A DNA stretch of 64,000 nt from Alphaproteobacteria bacterium. GTDB lineage: Bacteria; Pseudomonadota; Alphaproteobacteria; SP197. The notes under the pieces were generated by a model that ran no database searches, was not told the origin of the DNA, and was given only the letters and a program-made list of their open reading frames with translations. Where the stretch lies: the NCBI GenBank assembly GCA_964291415.2, contig OZ219920.1:1312001-1376000 (forward strand), read 5' to 3'. This document shows, one piece after another, positions 60,780-64,000 of this stretch; position 1 is the stretch's first letter, and each line of letters starts with the position of its first letter. The position numbers were made by a program, and so were the translations under genes.

Positions 60780-61030
60780 AAGGCCCCCTGGCTAGCGGCA
60801 ATGTCTTCGCCGAAGACATCGTGCTCATCGCCGCGAAGCACGCGGTCGGAGTCACCGACCGGATTTCTGTGGTCGAGATGAGCCTTCCTTCACGACCGTG
60901 CGGCGGCCGGCGGCTGAGATCGGCGAAACAGCGGCGGATGTCCGGCTCGAGCTCGCAGTGCGCAACTCCACGGTCGCGCTTCCCGATTTCCGTATCAAGG
61001 GCGCAACAATGGCCGCAACACCACGGCGCG
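60780..61030 (+). pseudogene. Relic of a LacI/PurR-family regulator C-terminal domain
   Basis: 'SGNVFA...VGVTDRISVV', then a frameshift, then 'EPSFTTVRRPAAEIGETAAD...LPDFRIKGAT'. Confidence 0.6.
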
Positions 61031-61179
61031 TCATTACATGGTCCGAGTGGTTGCGCCCGATCGAACGGGGATCGCGGACATCGTTGACGAGAAGAGTCCG
61101 TCAACTGGCTTGGACGATCATGCCAGTGAACCCAGACACCAATGGTGGCCGGCAGGTCCCTGCCAGGACGCCACAACGA

Positions 61180-61221
61180 CAACACCCCCTTGGGGCCCTT
61201 GTTGACCCGTCGGGGGTGTTG
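61180..61221 (-). terminator. Hairpin downstream of the phasin gene
   Basis: CAACACCCCC...GGGGGTGTTG 10-bp inverted repeat 17 nt after the stop. Confidence 0.5.
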
Positions 61222-61238
61222 CCCGGGAGGAACGCCGC

Positions 61239-61775
61239 TCAGGCGGTCTGGCGAACGGCCCGGCTCCAGGCATCGGTGAACCGCTGGCCGAGCGGCTGGC
61301 CACTTTCCGTGGCGATGCGCAGCCAGGCATTCGTCATGTCCATGCTGTCCTGGATGGCGTGGTCGAGGGTCTTGCGCACGTAACCCTGCTGGATCTCGAC
61401 CGCCTCGCCGAACGACTTCGCGCCGGCGAGCGCCTTGCGGGTCTCGGCGCCTTCGGCAGCACGCCGCCTGGCAATCTCGAGGACGCAGCCGTTGAATCCC
61501 TCGACGCCCTTCATGAACGTGGCGCCGGCCTCCACCATCGCTTCGAAGTTGGCGCGACGGATGTCGTTGATCTGTTCGAAAACGGTGTTGTCGCCACCCG
61601 TCCGGGCGGCGGTATCGAACGCGTCACGCCCCATGGTGACCATGGTCTCGAAGCCCTTCCTGGTGGCATCCGTGTTGCACTTCACGACATCTTCCGAAAC
61701 CTTGAAGCCGGTTTCGATCACTTCGTCCACTCCCGGGATCTGCGTCGTCTCACTGGTTGTCTTGGCGTTGGCCAT
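61239..61775 (-). CDS. phaP: Phasin (PHA granule-associated protein)
   Basis: Ala-rich amphipathic protein, 'ALAGAKSFGEAVEIQQGY'; usual position upstream of clpS; PhaR-type boxes upstream. Confidence 0.8.
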   Translation of the reverse strand: MANAKTTSETTQIPGVDEVIETGFKVSEDVVKCNTDATRKGFETMVTMGRDAFDTAARTGGDNTVFEQINDIRRANFEAMVEAGATFMKGVEGFNGCVLEIARRRAAEGAETRKALAGAKSFGEAVEIQQGYVRKTLDHAIQDSMDMTNAWLRIATESGQPLGQRFTDAWSRAVRQTA

Positions 61776-61802
61776 GTTTCGTCTCCGCTTGGACAGGCAA
61801 TA

Positions 61803-61872
61803 TTGCACTGCAACATGCTCGATATGGGCACTATGACGGGGGTTGTCAAGAATAAATTGTGCACTGCACAAT
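61803..61872. promoter_or_regulatory. Two PhaR-type TGC-N3-GCA boxes
   Basis: TTGCACTGCAA (61803-13) and ATTGTGCACTGCACAAT (61856-72). Confidence 0.7.
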
Positions 61873-61949
61873 ACACTGGGAATGGCTGTTTGACGCAAGG
61901 GGCGCAATCCACGATAAGGCAGCCGACATCAGCCACCGGGCGACTCTCC

Positions 61950-63098
61950 ATGCCTCTTCCATTCAGTTTCGCGGCACCGGTACCTCTTGCATTCGGCGAC
62001 AATCGCCTGATGAAACTCGGCCGCGACGTCCGACGTCTTGCCGGTGACGGCGCCGAGGTCCTCCTCGTGACGGACCCCGTTCACATCGGCAACGGCCTCG
62101 CCGAGCGTGCCGCCGGAGTCCTCGGCGAGGCAGGGCACGGCTTCAGTGTGTTCAGCGACATCGCCAGTGATCCCGCGGCCGAGACGGTCGATGCCATTGC
62201 GGAACAGGGGCGTTCACAGGCCGCGACCTGCATCGTTGCCATGGGAGGCGGTTCGACGCTCGATGCCGCCAAACTCGCCGCCTGCCTTGCACCTGACGGC
62301 CGGGGTGCGATGACCTTTGCCCTCGGCGGAACGCCCGTTCCTTCAGGCGGACTTCCCAAGATCGCCGTGCCAACCACCGCAGGCACCGGGTCCGAGGTGA
62401 CGCGCACCTCTGTCTTCAGTACGGGAGAGCGCAAGTTGTGGGCCTGGGGAGAGAACCTGCAGTTCAACCTTGCTCTCCTCGACCCGCTCCTCACGGTGTC
62501 CATGCCGGTGTCCCTGACTGCCGCCACGGGAGTCGACGCCATGGTCCATGCGATCGAATCGGCGACGTGCCGGCGGCGCAATCCGGTGTCCTCGACCATT
62601 GCGCTCGGCGCCATCAGGACACTTCGCGAGTGGCTCCCGGAGGCGGTGCGTGATCCGGCCGACACGCAGGCGCGCGGTCATGTCCAGATCGCCGCCACGC
62701 TGGCCGGTGTTGCCTTCGACGTGACGGGTGTCGCCGTCGCCCATGCCATCGGTCATGCCCTGGGACAGCATTCCGGAATTCACCACGGACGCGCCGTCGG
62801 CCTCGCCCTTGCCGCCACCATGGAGCACTCGGCCGAAGCGGCGGCTGACGCCTATGCGGCAGTCTCGGCGGCTCTCGGTGGAGAAGGAGGGGCAACGGCG
62901 AGACAGGCGCCGTCGCTCTATCGGCGTTTTCTCGCGGACATCGGCTTCGATCTGACGCTTGAGGAACTCGGCACGGAGGATGCCAGGGCGATCGCCACAC
63001 TTTGTTTCGAGCCCGAGAACATGGTGATGCTCAAGGGGGACGCCCATGACTTCACCCCCGACTCGCTGCTCGAGACCGTCAACCGCATGGTCAGCTGA
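61950..63098 (+). CDS. Iron-containing alcohol dehydrogenase
   Basis: 'GGGSTLDAAK', 'PTTAGTGSE', 'DAMVHAIE', 'HAIGH', 'HHG'. Confidence 0.92.
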   Translation: MPLPFSFAAPVPLAFGDNRLMKLGRDVRRLAGDGAEVLLVTDPVHIGNGLAERAAGVLGEAGHGFSVFSDIASDPAAETVDAIAEQGRSQAATCIVAMGGGSTLDAAKLAACLAPDGRGAMTFALGGTPVPSGGLPKIAVPTTAGTGSEVTRTSVFSTGERKLWAWGENLQFNLALLDPLLTVSMPVSLTAATGVDAMVHAIESATCRRRNPVSSTIALGAIRTLREWLPEAVRDPADTQARGHVQIAATLAGVAFDVTGVAVAHAIGHALGQHSGIHHGRAVGLALAATMEHSAEAAADAYAAVSAALGGEGGATARQAPSLYRRFLADIGFDLTLEELGTEDARAIATLCFEPENMVMLKGDAHDFTPDSLLETVNRMVS

Positions 63099-63286
63099 AC
63101 TTGAGCCGACCACCGACCCGGACCTGGCAATCTTCAAAGTTCCAGCAGAGAGGGCCGAACAGGGATGATCGGGAGGTCTTCGCCCTCTCAGGTCACCTGG
63201 CACCAGCCCGCGTGCACGTCCGTCAAACCCGAGCAAGAGCCATCAATCCGGGCACTCGACACAACTGCGATGCCGTTCACGGTTGC

Positions 63287-64000
63287 TCAGGACTCGCCCG
63301 TGTAGATCACCGAGCAAGGGCGGTCATGGTGGTTGAGAAGGCGGCAACTCTCCCGCGCCTGGTGTTCGCCGAGATTGAGAATGCGAACCCGGTAAAGCGT
63401 GGTGCCGTCCGTCTCGACGGTCGCCAGGACGGTCTCGCTGTCGCTGGCCAGCAGAGGCGCCAGAAAACGGCCGGTATCAGCGCTTGCCCGCACTGCGTTG
63501 TCGCGCTGGGCAAAGGCGCCCACCTGGATGGCCCAGCTGCGATCATCACCGGCGCTGCCTTCGTCAGCACCAACGCCCGGCGATCCGAGCCCGAGCGACT
63601 CCTCGAGGCTGGCAACAAGCGCATCATCATCAAGACCACTGTTGAGAGCGGCGGCAAACTGTGCCGCCACGTCGCGCCGCGGGTGCGACGTTGGCAGGGG
63701 CACAGTCCTGTCGACGGAAGCGGCCGTAACAAAGGCCTTGCGGACCAGGTCCGTCATCAGCCTGTCTCTTGAAATCCGGTCCTTGCCGCCAATCACGACG
63801 CCAACGATGCGCCTGCCGTCCACGACGGCCGACGCCGCGAGATTCCACCCGGCCGCTTTCGTGTATCCGGTCTTGATACCATCGACACCGTCGACTCTGC
63901 CCAGAAGCTTGTTGTGACTCCTGTAGGTCCTGTCGCCGTAGGTAAACGACCGGGAGGAGAAGAGAGGGTAGTACTCCGGAAAATCGAACTGCAGGCGCAG
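63287..64000 (-). CDS. D-alanyl-D-alanine carboxypeptidase (S11) with C-terminal SPOR domain; 5' part outside window
   Basis: Frame open to the edge: 'FPEYY', 'HNKLL', 'DGIKTGYT'; SPOR 'WAIQVGAF...LYRVR'. Confidence 0.88.
   Translation of the reverse strand: MRLQFDFPEYYPLFSSRSFTYGDRTYRSHNKLLGRVDGVDGIKTGYTKAAGWNLAASAVVDGRRIVGVVIGGKDRISRDRLMTDLVRKAFVTAASVDRTVPLPTSHPRRDVAAQFAAALNSGLDDDALVASLEESLGLGSPGVGADEGSAGDDRSWAIQVGAFAQRDNAVRASADTGRFLAPLLASDSETVLATVETDGTTLYRVRILNLGEHQARESCRLLNHHDRPCSVIYTGES

Noticed and set aside
63148-63193. Glycine-riboswitch-like words (GAGAG, GCCGAA, CTCTCAGG)
   Set aside because: Lies between convergent gene ends with no gene to control; better explained as a GAGAGGGC/GCCCTCTC hairpin.

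Overview
This is a GC-rich alphaproteobacterial chromosome segment (Rhodospirillales/Rhodobacterales-like gene order; taxonomy is inferred). Core blocks are hemB, folK-rpoZ-spoT-lepB-rnc-era-recO-parC, clpS-clpA, a phasin and a D,D-carboxypeptidase. These alternate with catabolic and transport genes: PotBC/PotD-like ABC parts, a TRAP system, a CoA ligase, four non-heme iron oxygenases, an LLM monooxygenase, an MttB plus GcvT-type dehydrogenase operon and a Co-type nitrile hydratase. The most striking element is a 1.33-kb transposase-less unit (27554-28882) carrying a TnpB with an intact RuvC triad. It is bounded by 25-bp imperfect terminal inverted repeats and a CATG direct repeat, which is not how IS200/IS605 ends normally look. 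A predicted omega-RNA pseudoknot pairs with the very tip of the right repeat. The element sits in the wreck of a type I restriction-modification operon, where only a HEPN-MNT toxin-antitoxin pair remains intact. Other hidden features are a SAM-II-like riboswitch upstream of hemB, PhaR-type boxes before the phasin, and several eroded pseudogene relics. I found no rRNA, tRNA or CRISPR array. All calls come from motif recognition by eye; no searches were run.
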